Positions 1 through 11,022 of a DNA stretch of 60,130 nt are shown piece after piece. Source of the stretch: Alphaproteobacteria bacterium MarineAlpha6_Bin4 (GTDB lineage Bacteria > Pseudomonadota > Alphaproteobacteria > GCA-002720895); contig PTKO01000002.1 in the NCBI GenBank assembly GCA_002937775.1, forward strand, positions 1 to 60,130. The letters are read 5' to 3'. The notes beneath the pieces are model-generated. The model was given only the letters and a program-made list of their open reading frames with translations. It did not search any database and was not told where the DNA came from. Every line of letters starts with the position of its first letter. Within the stretch, counting starts at the first letter, position 1. A program made the translations under genes and the position numbers.

Positions 1-285
1 AATCAGTCTTGAAATTAAAGTTTCTTTTTCAGAGGGTTTGGCTTCTCTTTTAAAAAATCCGCCTGGTATTTTTCCAGCAGCAAAAGTTTTTTCCTGATAA
101 CTAACTGTTAATGGTAAAAAATCTACTCCTTCTTTAGGTTCCTTAGATGCCACAACTGTACATAATACTGTAGTATCACCGTAAGTAGCTAAAACAGCTC
201 CATCTGCTTGTCTAGCAATTCTTCCAGTCTCAAGAATTAATTTCTTACCGCCCCATTCGATTTCTTTTTTATTGATATTAAACAC
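1..285 (-). CDS. pnp: Polynucleotide phosphorylase, N-terminal fragment (gene runs off the left edge)
   Basis: Not in the ORF track. Reverse-strand reading from GTG (283-285) gives [95 protein letters not shown]. This resembles the conserved PNPase N-terminus. It lies directly after rpsO, as in the canonical rpsO-pnp pair. Confidence 0.85.
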   Translation of the reverse strand, partial: MFNINKKEIEWGGKKLILETGRIARQADGAVLATYGDTTVLCTVVASKEPKEGVDFLPLTVSYQEKTFAAGKIPGGFFKREAKPSEKETLISRLI

Positions 286-289
286 TAAT

Positions 290-559
290 TTATTTACGTA
301 AGTTGAGTTTTTTTATTATTTCCTCGTACCCTTTTAAGTTTCTTTTCTTTAAATATAATATTAATTTTCTTCTTCTGCTAATTAATTTAATCATACCTTC
401 TCTTGAATGATTGTCTTTTTTATTCTTTTTAAAGTGCTCTGTTAAAGAATTTATCCTTTTTGTTAACAATGCTATTTGAACTTCAGAAGATCCTGTATCA
501 TTCTTTTTTTTCTGAAATTCATTTATAATTTTATCTTTTGTTAAATTATTTTCCAACAT
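290..559 (-). CDS. rpsO: 30S ribosomal protein S15
   Basis: 89 aa with S15-like sequence ([33 protein letters not shown]). ATG start confirmed. Overlaps the truB end by 14 nt. Position truB-rpsO-pnp. Confidence 0.95.
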   Translation of the reverse strand: MLENNLTKDKIINEFQKKKNDTGSSEVQIALLTKRINSLTEHFKKNKKDNHSREGMIKLISRRRKLILYLKKRNLKGYEEIIKKLNLRK

Positions 560-1289
560 ATTTAATTTTGTTTAAAACAGAATATATAGGTAAAAAAAAA
601 TTTTTCCAATCATTCTTTTCATATAATTTTAAAAAATCTTTAATTGATATAGAACTTTCTAAATTAAAAGGGACTGATTCTATCCTTTTTAATTTAACTA
701 TATAGCCATCAACATTTAGATTTTTACAAATATCACGTGCCAAGCTTCTAACATAAAAGCCTTTTCCACATTCTATTTCAAAACTTGTACAATTTTTTTC
801 TATTGCTTTTTTTTCTATTATTCTAATTTTTTTTAAAAAAACTTTTCTTGGTTTTAACTTAAAATTTTTTCCTTTTCTTGCTAACTTATAAGCTCTAATA
901 CCATTTATCTTTATTGCTGAAAATTTCGGTGGTGTTTGTTCAATATATCCAACTAAATTCTTTATAAGATTTTTAATTTCTTCTTTTTTAGGTTTTTTTT
1001 TTGATTCTGAAATAATGCTCCCTTCAGCATCTTGTGTATCTGTTGAAATACCCCACTTGATGGTAAATTCATATTTCTTCATGCCATCCATAATATATTT
1101 AACTGTTTTAGTTGCCTTACCTAATGCTAAAGCTAACACTCCAGTAGCTAAAGGATCTAAAGTTCCTGCGTGGCCGATTTTTTTTACATTTAATTTATTT
1201 TTTACTATATTTACAACTTGTCTTGAAGTCATCCCCAAATCTTTATTAATAACTAACCATCCATCCAATTCATTATTTTTAATATTCAT
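546..1289 (-). CDS. truB: tRNA pseudouridine-55 synthase
   Basis: GHAGTLDPLATGVL motif with the catalytic Asp. Lies between rbfA and rpsO. Confidence 0.93.
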   Translation of the reverse strand: MNIKNNELDGWLVINKDLGMTSRQVVNIVKNKLNVKKIGHAGTLDPLATGVLALALGKATKTVKYIMDGMKKYEFTIKWGISTDTQDAEGSIISESKKKPKKEEIKNLIKNLVGYIEQTPPKFSAIKINGIRAYKLARKGKNFKLKPRKVFLKKIRIIEKKAIEKNCTSFEIECGKGFYVRSLARDICKNLNVDGYIVKLKRIESVPFNLESSISIKDFLKLYEKNDWKNFFLPIYSVLNKIKYVGK

Positions 1290-1291
1290 GA

Positions 1292-1657
1292 TTATAAGTC
1301 TTTAAGTACTTTTGGCTCTTTTAATATTTTTTCTATTTTATTAGCATATTCAAAAGTTTCATCAAACAAAAATATTAGGTCAGGAACAAATCTCAATTTT
1401 AACTTATTTGCTATTTCTTTTTTAAAAAGAAATTTTTTTTCATTTAAAAATTTAATAAAACTCTTCTTGTTATCTCTAGAAACTACATATATGTAAGCTT
1501 GTTTTAAATTGGGACTGACGCTTACTTCAGTTACTGTAATTGAGAGATTATCAATTTTTTCGCTTTGGAAATTTCCAATTGCTATAACCTCAGAAACTAA
1601 ATGTTTTAGTTGTTGGCCTACTCTAAGTTGCCTTTGTGATTTTATATTTCTTTTCAT
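1292..1657 (-). CDS. rbfA: Ribosome-binding factor A
   Basis: 121 aa. Size, sequence character and position between infB and truB fit RbfA. Confidence 0.85.
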   Translation of the reverse strand: MKRNIKSQRQLRVGQQLKHLVSEVIAIGNFQSEKIDNLSITVTEVSVSPNLKQAYIYVVSRDNKKSFIKFLNEKKFLFKKEIANKLKLRFVPDLIFLFDETFEYANKIEKILKEPKVLKDL

Positions 1658-1677
1658 GATGTGTGTTTAAAAAAATT

Positions 1678-3732
1678 TTATAAACTTCTTTTTTGTTCTT
1701 CTATAAGATAAGATTCTAAAATATCATTTTGCTTTATATCTTGAAAATTATCTAATACCATTCCACAATCACTTCCTTCTTTTACTTCGGAAGCTTCTTC
1801 TTTAAATTTTTTTAAGCTATTTAATTTTCCATCGTAAATTACTTTATTGTCTCGTAGAAGTCTAATTTTAGATTTTTTATCTATTTTTCCTTCTATAACT
1901 TCACAACCTGCTATTTTCCCGATTTTGGACATTTTAAAAATTTCTTTAATTTTAGCTTTGCCATTTAAAACTTCTTTTTTATCTGGAACTAAAAGTCCGC
2001 TCATACTATCCTTTATATAATCTAACAATTCATAAATAACTGTAAAAAATTTAATATCTATTTTATCTCTTTTAGCTAATTCCCTAGCTAAAGTGTTTGG
2101 TTTTACATTAAAGCCTACAGTCAAAATTGAAGTTTCTGATGCTGCTGCAAGAGCCACGTCCGATTGATTAATTTCTCCAACTCCCTTATGTACAATTTTG
2201 ATCTTTATTTCGTCATTCTTAAATTTATCAATGCCGTTTATAATTGCTTCTAAAGATCCTTGAACATCTGATTTTAAAATTAATCCTAATTCTTTAATTT
2301 TTTCATTACTTTTATCGCTTAATTGTTTTTCCAAATTTTCTTTTGTTAAAGGTTCTGTTACTTTGATTTTTGATTTACTTAATCTATAACTTGCTATTTC
2401 TTTTGCTTTAGCCTCATTTTCTACAACCTTAAACTCGTCTCCTGCAACAGGCACTCCAGTTATTCCGATAATTTCAACAGGAATTGCTGGTCCAGCAAGA
2501 TTAACTTTCTTTCCTAAATCATCATTCATTGCTCTAACTTTTCCATATGCCGGGCCGGCAACAAATAAATCTCCTACTTTTAATGATCCTTCTTGTATCA
2601 AAACTGTTGCCGTAGAACCTTTTCCTTGCAATACTTTTGATTCTACAATAATACCGCTAGCTTTTTTTGATGGATTAGATTTTAGATTTTGAATTTCAGC
2701 TTGTAATAATATTGCTTCTTCTAATTTGTCTAAGTTAGATTTAGATTTTGCAGAAACTTCTACAAATAAGTTTTTACCACCCATCTCTTCAGAAATAATT
2801 TCATATTCCATTAATTGGTTTTTTACATTTTGAGGATTTGATTCATTTAAATCAATTTTATTTATACATACAATAATTGGCACACCTGCTGCTTTTGCAT
2901 GATTTATAGCTTCTATAGTTGTTTCTTTTACACCGTCATCTGCCGCTACAACTAGAACTACAATGTCAGTAACTTTAGCTCCTCTTGCTCTCATAGCAGT
3001 AAATGCTTCGTGTCCTGGTGTATCAAAAAAAGTTATAAATTTGTTTGATTTTGTTTTAATTCTATAAGCCCCTATATGCTGAGTTATTCCTCCATGCTCT
3101 TTAGAAACAACGTTACTTGAACGAAATGCATCTAATAAAGTTGTTTTACCATGATCTACGTGTCCCATTATTGTAACTATTGGAGCTCTTTCAACTAGAT
3201 CTTCTTCTTTATCTATTTCCTTTTTTAAATTTATGTCTAATTCATTGTCATCAACTCTTTTAACTTTATGTCCAAATTCCTCAGCTATTATTTCCGCTGT
3301 ATCTGCATCTATGTTTTGATTAATAGTTGCCATTACACCATTTTTCATAAGCGCCTTTATAATATCCGATGATTTTTCTGCCATTCTCTTGCCTAACTCT
3401 TGCACTGAAATTATTTCAGGAATTTTTACTTCTTTGATTATTTTTTTCTTCTCATCATTGTTTGATTTTACTTGTTCTCCTTGCCTGTTTTTTTCTTTAT
3501 CTTCGAAAATCTTTTTTTTAAAGGATGTATAGAATCTTTTATTAATTGTTAATTTTTTTCTTGGCTTTTGAGAAACTTCTGATTTTTTTTCTACTTTTTT
3601 TTCTACTTCATTATTTAAAAGATTTTTATCTTTATTTTTCTTTTTTTGTACTACTTCAACTGTTACGGTTTTTGACTTACCATAAGAAAAAGTTTGTTTA
3701 ATAGTTGTTGTTTTTCTATTTTTATCATTCAT
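1678..3732 (-). CDS. infB: Translation initiation factor IF-2
   Basis: GTPase motifs [20 protein letters not shown] and NKID. Follows nusA. Confidence 0.97.
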   Translation of the reverse strand: MNDKNRKTTTIKQTFSYGKSKTVTVEVVQKKKNKDKNLLNNEVEKKVEKKSEVSQKPRKKLTINKRFYTSFKKKIFEDKEKNRQGEQVKSNNDEKKKIIKEVKIPEIISVQELGKRMAEKSSDIIKALMKNGVMATINQNIDADTAEIIAEEFGHKVKRVDDNELDINLKKEIDKEEDLVERAPIVTIMGHVDHGKTTLLDAFRSSNVVSKEHGGITQHIGAYRIKTKSNKFITFFDTPGHEAFTAMRARGAKVTDIVVLVVAADDGVKETTIEAINHAKAAGVPIIVCINKIDLNESNPQNVKNQLMEYEIISEEMGGKNLFVEVSAKSKSNLDKLEEAILLQAEIQNLKSNPSKKASGIIVESKVLQGKGSTATVLIQEGSLKVGDLFVAGPAYGKVRAMNDDLGKKVNLAGPAIPVEIIGITGVPVAGDEFKVVENEAKAKEIASYRLSKSKIKVTEPLTKENLEKQLSDKSNEKIKELGLILKSDVQGSLEAIINGIDKFKNDEIKIKIVHKGVGEINQSDVALAAASETSILTVGFNVKPNTLARELAKRDKIDIKFFTVIYELLDYIKDSMSGLLVPDKKEVLNGKAKIKEIFKMSKIGKIAGCEVIEGKIDKKSKIRLLRDNKVIYDGKLNSLKKFKEEASEVKEGSDCGMVLDNFQDIKQNDILESYLIEEQKRSL

Positions 3733-3736
3733 AAAA

Positions 3737-5269
3737 TTATTTTTTAGAAGTTTCTTTTATATTTTCCTTTTTATCTTCTTTGAACCAATTTTCTCTTGCT
3801 TTCATTATTATTTCATCTGCATCCCCTTTCTTTAGACTTTCTGTATTAAGCATTTCAATTAATTCATCACTCGATAATTCTGCTAAATCATTTAAATTTT
3901 TAATATTATTTTCCCCTAAAGTAATTAAATTGTTTAATGTTAATTTTTTTATTGCTTCTAGCTCTTTTGAAATATTTAATTCAATTTTCTTTTTTTCTAA
4001 TTCCTTATTTTTCTTAACGAGATTTTGTGTTGCTCTATCTTTTAAATCTTTAATAAGATTTTCATCGAAACCCTCAATTGCTTTAAAATCGGTATCACTA
4101 GCATTGCCTATTTCATCTATAGATAAAAAACCTTCAGTTGCTAATAAATGTGCTATAACTTCATCTACATCTAATTCTTTCATAAAAGTTTCTGAAATTT
4201 TCTTTATTTCTTCATTTCTTTTTTCTTTTTCATCTTTTTCATCTATTATATCTATTTCACAATTCGTTAATATTGAAGCTAATCTAACATTTTGGCCTTT
4301 TCTACCTATAGCAAGACTTAATTGATCCTCTGGAATTATTACTTTAATTTTATCAGTGTTATCTTCTTCGAAAATAACTTTACTAATTTGTGCTGGTGCT
4401 AAAGAATTAACTATATAAGTGGCTTTATCTTCCGACCATGTGACTATATCTATTTTTTCTCCCTGTAACTCTGTAACAACTGCTTGCACTCTTGAACCTC
4501 TCATACCAACACATGCTCCTACTGGATCAATTGTTTGATCAGCAGAATGTACTGCTATTTTAGCTCTAGATCCAGGGTCTCTCGCAACAGATTTAATTTC
4601 TATAACATTATCATTAATTTCTGGAACTTCTTGTTTAAATAAATTTGCTAAGAATTGTGGATGGGATCTAGATAAAAAAATTTGTGGCCCTTTAGTATCT
4701 TGGTTTACATTATACAAATATGCTTTTATTCTGTCTCCTCTTCTTAAATTCTCTCTAGGTATCATTTCATCTTTCTTTATTACACCCTCGGCATTTCCAA
4801 GATCTATTATTATATTACCAAATTCCATTCTTTTAACTAATCCAGTAATAGTTTCTCCAATTTTATCCTTATATAACTCAAAATTTTTTACAGATTCTGC
4901 TTCTTTAATATTTTGAACTAAAACTTGTTTTGCAACTTGAGCAGATATTCTGCCGATATCAATATCTGGTAATTCTTCAATAACAAACTCACCAATTTTT
5001 ATATCTTTTCTTTTTTTTTTTGCATCCTTTAGACTTATTTCTATCAAATTATCCTCTACATCTTTTTTTACTTCTAAGTATCTCGCCAAACTAATTTTAC
5101 CAGTTTTTCTATCTATATTTCCTCTTATATCGTAGTCATTTCCATATTTTACTTTACCAGCTTTTGATATAGCTTTCTCAATTGCTTGAAAGACTAATTC
5201 TTTTTCTATGCCTTTTTCTTCAGCTATATTTTCTGCTGTCTGTATTAATTCAACATTATCTAATAACAT
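3737..5269 (-). CDS. nusA: Transcription termination/antitermination factor NusA
   Basis: The ORF-track start at 5281 is a TTG. The first ATG (5267-5269) gives MLLDNVELIQTAENIAEEKGI, a typical NusA N-terminus. S1/KH-type core and a C-terminal HhH-like extension. Precedes infB. Confidence 0.95.
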   Translation of the reverse strand: MLLDNVELIQTAENIAEEKGIEKELVFQAIEKAISKAGKVKYGNDYDIRGNIDRKTGKISLARYLEVKKDVEDNLIEISLKDAKKKRKDIKIGEFVIEELPDIDIGRISAQVAKQVLVQNIKEAESVKNFELYKDKIGETITGLVKRMEFGNIIIDLGNAEGVIKKDEMIPRENLRRGDRIKAYLYNVNQDTKGPQIFLSRSHPQFLANLFKQEVPEINDNVIEIKSVARDPGSRAKIAVHSADQTIDPVGACVGMRGSRVQAVVTELQGEKIDIVTWSEDKATYIVNSLAPAQISKVIFEEDNTDKIKVIIPEDQLSLAIGRKGQNVRLASILTNCEIDIIDEKDEKEKRNEEIKKISETFMKELDVDEVIAHLLATEGFLSIDEIGNASDTDFKAIEGFDENLIKDLKDRATQNLVKKNKELEKKKIELNISKELEAIKKLTLNNLITLGENNIKNLNDLAELSSDELIEMLNTESLKKGDADEIIMKARENWFKEDKKENIKETSKK

Positions 5270-5280
5270 TATAAGTACCA

Positions 5281-5306
5281 AAAAAAAATGGGCTTTAGGC
5301 CCATTT
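5281..5306 (-). terminator. Rho-independent terminator-like hairpin after trmB, ending 12 nt before the nusA ATG
   Basis: Minus-strand RNA reads AAAUGGGC-CUAAA-GCCCAUUU followed by UUUUU. The 8-bp stem is 5286-5293/5299-5306, the 5-nt loop is 5294-5298, and the U-run extends to 5281. Confidence 0.6.
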
Positions 5307-5362
5307 ACAAAAAAACAATGAATATATAATCTATATTAATCTAATGTTTTGTATCCAATTGT

Positions 5363-6022
5363 TCAACACATTTTTTTAAATTTTAAAAAATATTTTTTAT
5401 TATTTTTTAATGTAGCTTTTTTTTCATATTTACTCTCGATTAGTTCTTTTGGCCTTTTATAGCAATCTGCTGTTTTTCTATCTACCCACAAAAAATTTTT
5501 GTTTAAAAAAAATTCTTTTAATATTGATTTTAAATAATTTTCTGAATCTGTTGATATGATAATTAATCCCTTTTTTTTTAGAATTTTACAAACTTGTATT
5601 AAAAATTTATTAGAAATCAATCTTCTTTTAAAATGCTTTTTCTTAGGCCATGGATCTGGGAAAAGTATAAAAACCTTATCAATATAGTTTTTTTTTAATT
5701 TTCTTAATAAGAAAAAAATATTTTCTTTGAAAATGAAAGTATTTTTCAAACCTTCGTTATTAATTTTCTCAACAGCGCTTGCTATTCCGGGTTCATAAAT
5801 TTCACAACCAATAATTAATTTATCAGAATTTTTTTTTGATAAATTTATTAAATTTTCTCCATATCCAAAACCTATCTCTAAAAATTTTTTTTTGCTAGTC
5901 TTGCTGTTTTTAAACAAATATTTTTTTAACGTATATTTTAATAAATACTGCTGTTTTTTACTTAATTGACGTCTAAGTTTTTTATAAAATACAGGGTATG
6001 AATTTGTTTTATTTTTTTTCAA
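5363..6022 (-). CDS. trmB: tRNA (guanine-N7)-methyltransferase
   Basis: [15 protein letters not shown] motif and [11 protein letters not shown]-binding region. There is no in-frame ATG near the 5' end; the only candidate start is TTG at 6020-6022. Overlaps metK by 14 nt. Confidence 0.85.
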   Translation of the reverse strand: MKKNKTNSYPVFYKKLRRQLSKKQQYLLKYTLKKYLFKNSKTSKKKFLEIGFGYGENLINLSKKNSDKLIIGCEIYEPGIASAVEKINNEGLKNTFIFKENIFFLLRKLKKNYIDKVFILFPDPWPKKKHFKRRLISNKFLIQVCKILKKKGLIIISTDSENYLKSILKEFFLNKNFLWVDRKTADCYKRPKELIESKYEKKATLKNNKKYFLKFKKMC

Positions 6023-7178
6023 AAATACTTTTTAAAGAATTAACTAAATCTATTTTTTCCCATGGAAATTCTCCTTTATCGGTAGGTTTTCTTCCAAAGT
6101 GTCCGTACGCAGCAGTTTTTGTATAAATAGGATTATTTAATGATAGTTTTTTTTTTATACCATAAGGAGATAAATCCATAATTTGAGATATTTTATCAGA
6201 GATTTCATTACCTTTTATTTTGGTTTCTCCATGTGTGTCGATATATATTGATATTGGTTTTGCAATTCCAATCGCATATGAAAGTTGAATAGTACATTTT
6301 TCTGCAAGTTTTGCGGCAACAATATTTTTTGCTAAATATCTAGCAGCATATGCACCCGATCTATCAACCTTGCTAGGGTCTTTTCCTGAGAAAGCTCCAC
6401 CTCCATGTGGCGCTGCACCTCCATAAGTATCAACTATTATTTTTCTTCCTGTTAAACCTGAGTCACCAACTGGGCCACCAATAACAAATCTACCAGTAGG
6501 ATTTACAAAAAAATTATCTTCATCACACATCCAACCTTCAGGTAAAGAATCAATTACATATGGTCTAACAATTTCCTTAACATCCTCTTGTTTTAAACTT
6601 GGATCATGTTGTGTAGACACAACAACAGCACTTGCCCTAAAAGGTTTACCATTTTTATAATCTAAACTTACTTGACTCTTAGAATCTGGAAGTAATAATT
6701 TATTGTCACCTTCATGTCTCGATTTAGCAAGTGACTCTAAAATTAAATGAGAATAATAAATAGGAGCAGGCATTAATTCTTTTGTTTCATTACACGCATA
6801 TCCAAACATAATTCCTTGGTCACCAGCTCCTTGTTCTTTTTCATTTTTTTTATTTACACCAATTGCAATATCTGCAGATTGTTGATGAAGATTATTTTCA
6901 ATTGATACTGTTTTCCAGTTAAAACCTTCTTGTTCATAACCAATTTTTTTTATGGTATTTCTTACTAATTCCTCTAGTGGTGTTTCTTTAAACACATCAG
7001 GGCCATTAACTTCTCCACTAACAATAACTTTATTAGTTGTAACCATTGTTTCTGCAGCAACTCTAGAATTAGGGTCTTTTGATAAAAAAAGATCTACAAT
7101 ACTATCAGAAATTAAGTCGCATACTTTATCAGGATGCCCTTCTGAAACTGATTCACTTGTAAATGTATAATCTTTCAA
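6009..7178 (-). CDS. metK: S-adenosylmethionine synthetase
   Basis: Motifs [23 protein letters not shown] and GGGAFSGKD. The start codon is TTG (7176-7178), in a TTGA overlap with the lnt stop. Confidence 0.97.
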   Translation of the reverse strand: MKDYTFTSESVSEGHPDKVCDLISDSIVDLFLSKDPNSRVAAETMVTTNKVIVSGEVNGPDVFKETPLEELVRNTIKKIGYEQEGFNWKTVSIENNLHQQSADIAIGVNKKNEKEQGAGDQGIMFGYACNETKELMPAPIYYSHLILESLAKSRHEGDNKLLLPDSKSQVSLDYKNGKPFRASAVVVSTQHDPSLKQEDVKEIVRPYVIDSLPEGWMCDEDNFFVNPTGRFVIGGPVGDSGLTGRKIIVDTYGGAAPHGGGAFSGKDPSKVDRSGAYAARYLAKNIVAAKLAEKCTIQLSYAIGIAKPISIYIDTHGETKIKGNEISDKISQIMDLSPYGIKKKLSLNNPIYTKTAAYGHFGRKPTDKGEFPWEKIDLVNSLKSIFEKK

Positions 7179-8707
7179 TTTATATTCCTATATCGAATTA
7201 AGTATTTTAAAATACAAAGTACAAAAAACAAAATTATTAATACTAAAAAAATTAAATTATTTTTATATTCACTAAAAAAAGTATTCATAATTTTATTATC
7301 TTTTTTAAATAAAAAAATTTTAGTATCAAAATATCCTGAAGTATTTAGTGGTATTTTATTTAATATCTTTCCAAAAGGATCTATGGAGGCTGAAATTCCT
7401 GTGTTGGCTACTCTAATCAAATGTCTTCCTTCTTCTATTGCTCTAAATATAGAACTATCGAAATGTTGGTGTGGACCTATTGTGTTTCCAAACCATGCAT
7501 CGTTTGTAAAATTAATTATTAACATAGGTTTATCTTTTTTTACAAATTTTCCTGGAAAAATTACTTCATAACAAATTAATGCTTTAAAACTAGGAAGATC
7601 TTTATATTTAATTATATTCTGATCAAAAGACCCGCTTTTTAAACTAAAAAAATTAAAACCTAAGCTATTAAAAAAATTTGAAAAAGGAACATATTCACCA
7701 AATGGAACCAAATGTACTTTATCATACAAAAAACTTGTAGATAAATTTTTATTTATAACCCCGACACTATTATAAAAATTATTTTTTTTATTTCTAAATG
7801 TACCAGTTATAACATATTCTTCGTCTTTTAAATTTGTATTTAATTTTTTAAAAACCGAATAAGTTTTTAAATCATTAAAATCGTGTAATGCTGTTTCTGG
7901 CCATAAAATATTTAAGTTTTCAGAAATATTTAATGCTCCCATTTTATTTTTAAAACTTAGTTCAACCATTGCTTTATAGTTTTCTTCTAATTTTTCTAAA
8001 TTAAGTTTATCTTTTTGACTTATATTAGGCTGTACAACTCTTATTACTTTATTCTCAACTATATCAAAATTAGAATTTTTTATTCTATTTGAACCGTAAT
8101 AAAAAACTGAAGAAAATATTAAAAAAAATGAAATTAGTAGAAACAAATTTTTTTTGATACGAAAGTTTAAAACAAAAATACTAATAGATAAAACTGAATA
8201 TATAATAAGAAAACTTAGCCCATAAACACCTATTACTGAACAAATCTGTATTAAAGCTTTATAGTTTGATAATGTGTAAGCTAATAAGTTCCAAGGAAAA
8301 CCTGTAAAGATGTGGCCTCTTAAAATTTCACTAAATGTCCAAAATATCGAGAAAAATCCAATATTTAAAATTATATTATTAGATTTAAATTTATAATTTA
8401 AAAAACTTATTAATCCAACAAAAGAAGCTAAGAAGCCAGAAAATAAAAAAAGGCAAATCGGCATTATATATATAAATATACCTTCACGAATTATGAATGA
8501 GTTAAATATCCAATAAAAACCAAAAATAAAAAAAGAAAATCCAAAAAACCATCCTATAAAAAAAGCTTCTTTTTTGGATACGGAATTATAGCTTTTTATA
8601 AACAAAAAAGTTAAAGAAGGAAAAAGAAAAAACCAAAAATTAAAAGGAGAAAAAGATAAAACTAAAGTAGCTCCAAACAAAAAAGAGTAAAAATATTTTA
8701 AATTCAT
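7175..8707 (-). CDS. lnt: Apolipoprotein N-acyltransferase
   Basis: 510 aa. Polytopic N-terminal half plus a CN-hydrolase-like C-terminal half ([10 protein letters not shown]). Lies in the conserved ybeZYX-lnt string. Confidence 0.85.
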   Translation of the reverse strand: MNLKYFYSFLFGATLVLSFSPFNFWFFLFPSLTFLFIKSYNSVSKKEAFFIGWFFGFSFFIFGFYWIFNSFIIREGIFIYIMPICLFLFSGFLASFVGLISFLNYKFKSNNIILNIGFFSIFWTFSEILRGHIFTGFPWNLLAYTLSNYKALIQICSVIGVYGLSFLIIYSVLSISIFVLNFRIKKNLFLLISFFLIFSSVFYYGSNRIKNSNFDIVENKVIRVVQPNISQKDKLNLEKLEENYKAMVELSFKNKMGALNISENLNILWPETALHDFNDLKTYSVFKKLNTNLKDEEYVITGTFRNKKNNFYNSVGVINKNLSTSFLYDKVHLVPFGEYVPFSNFFNSLGFNFFSLKSGSFDQNIIKYKDLPSFKALICYEVIFPGKFVKKDKPMLIINFTNDAWFGNTIGPHQHFDSSIFRAIEEGRHLIRVANTGISASIDPFGKILNKIPLNTSGYFDTKIFLFKKDNKIMNTFFSEYKNNLIFLVLIILFFVLCILKYLIRYRNIN

Positions 8708-9546
8708 TTATGATTTCTGATTAATATCGTCCTTATTCTCCTAGAATCTGCATCTAAAATTTCAAATTCACAACCATTTGCATGTTTTATTACCTCGCCT
8801 TTCAAAGGAACCCGACCAAAAATATGAAAAACTAACCCCCCCATTGTATCAATATCCCTGATATCATCTTTATCAGAAAAAATATTTCCGTATTTTTTTT
8901 CAAATTCCTCAATTAACATTCTAGCATTTATTTTTATAGCCCCGTCATCTTTTATGAAATCTTTAGTTTTTCCTTTACTTTCTTTTTGTGCTTCATGTTC
9001 ATCCTTAATTTCACCAACTATTTCCTCTACTAAGTCTTCAATTGTAACTAACCCATCAACTCCTCCGTGTTCATCAACTATAATCGCCATATGAATATGT
9101 GAAGTTCTCATTTTTAATAGTAAATCAAGTACAGTCATAGAATGGGGGGCAAATAAAATTTTTCTTACTAATTTCCTAATATTTTTAATTTTCTTATTTT
9201 CCCAACATGAAATTACATCTTTTATATGTATCATGCCTATAATATTATCTCTACTTTTCTCAAATACCGGATATCTTGAATGACTAGTTCTTCCAATAAT
9301 TTTCACTAGTTTATTAATATCTGTAGTAGCATCGACTGACATTATATCAGTTCTAGGTATCATAATGTCGTTAACTAATTTTTCAGGTAACTGGAAGACA
9401 TTTGAAATTATTTTTTCCTCATTAATCTTTAAAGGTTTTTCTTGTTTTAATCTTTCATTTAATAAACCTTCAATATTATTTTGGAGGTTTTTATTTTTTT
9501 TCTTTACAAAAAGATTTAACAGCTTATTTATGAATTTTTTGGGCAA
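8704..9546 (-). CDS. corC: CBS-pair / CorC_HlyC domain protein (YbeX/CorC, TlyC-like)
   Basis: IMIPRTDI start of the CBS pair and a C-terminal transporter-associated domain. Lies between ybeY and lnt. The start is TTG at 9544-9546, so it is uncertain. Confidence 0.8.
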   Translation of the reverse strand: MPKKFINKLLNLFVKKKNKNLQNNIEGLLNERLKQEKPLKINEEKIISNVFQLPEKLVNDIMIPRTDIMSVDATTDINKLVKIIGRTSHSRYPVFEKSRDNIIGMIHIKDVISCWENKKIKNIRKLVRKILFAPHSMTVLDLLLKMRTSHIHMAIIVDEHGGVDGLVTIEDLVEEIVGEIKDEHEAQKESKGKTKDFIKDDGAIKINARMLIEEFEKKYGNIFSDKDDIRDIDTMGGLVFHIFGRVPLKGEVIKHANGCEFEILDADSRRIRTILIRNHK

Positions 9547-9562
9547 TAGTAAAATATAAAAA

Positions 9563-10066
9563 TTAATAATAATTAATTCCTAAGAAATTTAATATCTTTG
9601 ATTCAACAGCAATCATTTTCTTTTCATCTTTTTTTGTTTCGTGATTAAAGCCGAAAAGATGTAATATTCCGTGAATTATTAAATGTCCGCTTCTCTGTTT
9701 TTCATTCATTTTAAATTTCTTTGCTTCTTTTTTGCATAGTTCGTAAGATAAATAAATTTCTCCTAAAAAATTTTCTTTTTTTTTGAAAAAATTCTCATTT
9801 GGAAATGATAGCACGTTTGTACTTTTTTTTTTATTTAAAAAATTTGTATTTAATTTCTTTAAAAAATTATCATCAGATAAAATTAAATTAATATTAATTT
9901 TAACATTTCTAAATTTTTTAAATTTTGGTTTTAGTAAACATTCTTTTATAGTCATTGTTGCGAGACTTTTAAAATAATATTCCATGATTTTTTTTGAATT
10001 AAATATTTTTTTATTTAACCATTTTTTATTTTCTAAAAAAATATTTATTTTATAATTAGACCTCAT
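9563..10066 (-). CDS. ybeY: rRNA maturation endoribonuclease YbeY
   Basis: Zinc motif HGILHLFGFNHE (HxxxHxxxxxH). ATGA overlap with the ybeZ stop. Confidence 0.92.
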   Translation of the reverse strand: MRSNYKINIFLENKKWLNKKIFNSKKIMEYYFKSLATMTIKECLLKPKFKKFRNVKININLILSDDNFLKKLNTNFLNKKKSTNVLSFPNENFFKKKENFLGEIYLSYELCKKEAKKFKMNEKQRSGHLIIHGILHLFGFNHETKKDEKKMIAVESKILNFLGINYY

Positions 10067-11004
10067 CTATCATATGCTTTTACTATTTTTTGTACCAATG
10101 GATTTCTTACCACATCTTTTTCTGTGAGATAAACAAAAGAAATATCTTTTATTTTTTTTAAATTGTTTACTGCGTCTGTTAAACCGCTTTTACTTTTTAA
10201 AGGCAAATCAATTTGTGTTAGGTCTCCTGTAACAACCATTCTTGAATTTTCCCCTAACCTAGTTAAAAACATTTTCATTTGAATTGGAGATGTGTTTTGG
10301 GATTCATCAAGTATTATATAAGAATTATTTAATGTTCTTCCTCTCAAATAAGCAATAGGAGCTATTTCTATTTTTTGGTTTTCTATTAATTTTAATACTT
10401 TATCTTTTGGTAAATTCTCATCTAGACAATCATATATAGGTCTTAGGTATGGATCAATTTTTTCTTTGAGATCCCCAGGAAGAAAACCTAATTTTTCTCC
10501 TGCTTCAACTGCTGGTCTAGAAATTATAATTTTTTCAATTAATCCATTAGTAAGCATATAAACAGCATGGCTTACAGCTAAAAATGTTTTTCCTGTACCC
10601 GCCGGACCTATGGCAAAAACAATTTCTTTATTTAAAATTTCCTTAAGCAATTTAGATTGCCCTTTTGTACGTGGCCAAATTTCTTTTTTTGGTGTTTTTA
10701 TAGAATTTTTAAGATAATCTCTATTTTCATTATTTTCTTTCATGTTCTTTATTATTGATTCTACATCTCTTTTTTCAATTATTTCAGAAACTTTTGCTCT
10801 TTCATACAATTCAGAAAGAGCGTTCTTTGTAATTATAATGTTCTTAGAATTACCATTTATTGAAATAATATTTCCTTTTGGTGATAATGTAACATCTAAC
10901 TCGTGTTCTATAATATCTAGATTTTTATGAAATACACCAAGCATAGTTCTTAAAATGCTATTATCATCAAATTCTATTATATTTTTTCCTAAATTTTTTG
11001 CCAA
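10063..11004 (-). CDS. ybeZ: PhoH-like ATPase (YbeZ)
   Basis: Walker A GPAGTGKT and PhoH-family C-terminal half. TTG start at 11002-11004. Follows miaB. Confidence 0.9.
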   Translation of the reverse strand: MAKNLGKNIIEFDDNSILRTMLGVFHKNLDIIEHELDVTLSPKGNIISINGNSKNIIITKNALSELYERAKVSEIIEKRDVESIIKNMKENNENRDYLKNSIKTPKKEIWPRTKGQSKLLKEILNKEIVFAIGPAGTGKTFLAVSHAVYMLTNGLIEKIIISRPAVEAGEKLGFLPGDLKEKIDPYLRPIYDCLDENLPKDKVLKLIENQKIEIAPIAYLRGRTLNNSYIILDESQNTSPIQMKMFLTRLGENSRMVVTGDLTQIDLPLKSKSGLTDAVNNLKKIKDISFVYLTEKDVVRNPLVQKIVKAYDR

Positions 11005-11022
11005 ATACTTGTATAAAAAAAT

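Noticed and set aside
3780-4325. Long ORFs antisense to confident genes. Examples: 1015-1305, 3780-4325, 6952-7170, 17277-17729, 35438-35731, 37439-37753, 38129-38464, 38656-39033, 43110-43505, 44306-44644, 51567-51851, 51943-52218.
   Set aside because: Each is fully embedded in a gene with strong family signatures. Their translations are low-complexity F/S/L/I-rich strings, the mirror image of the Lys/Glu/Asn-rich sense codons. None has recognisable motifs.
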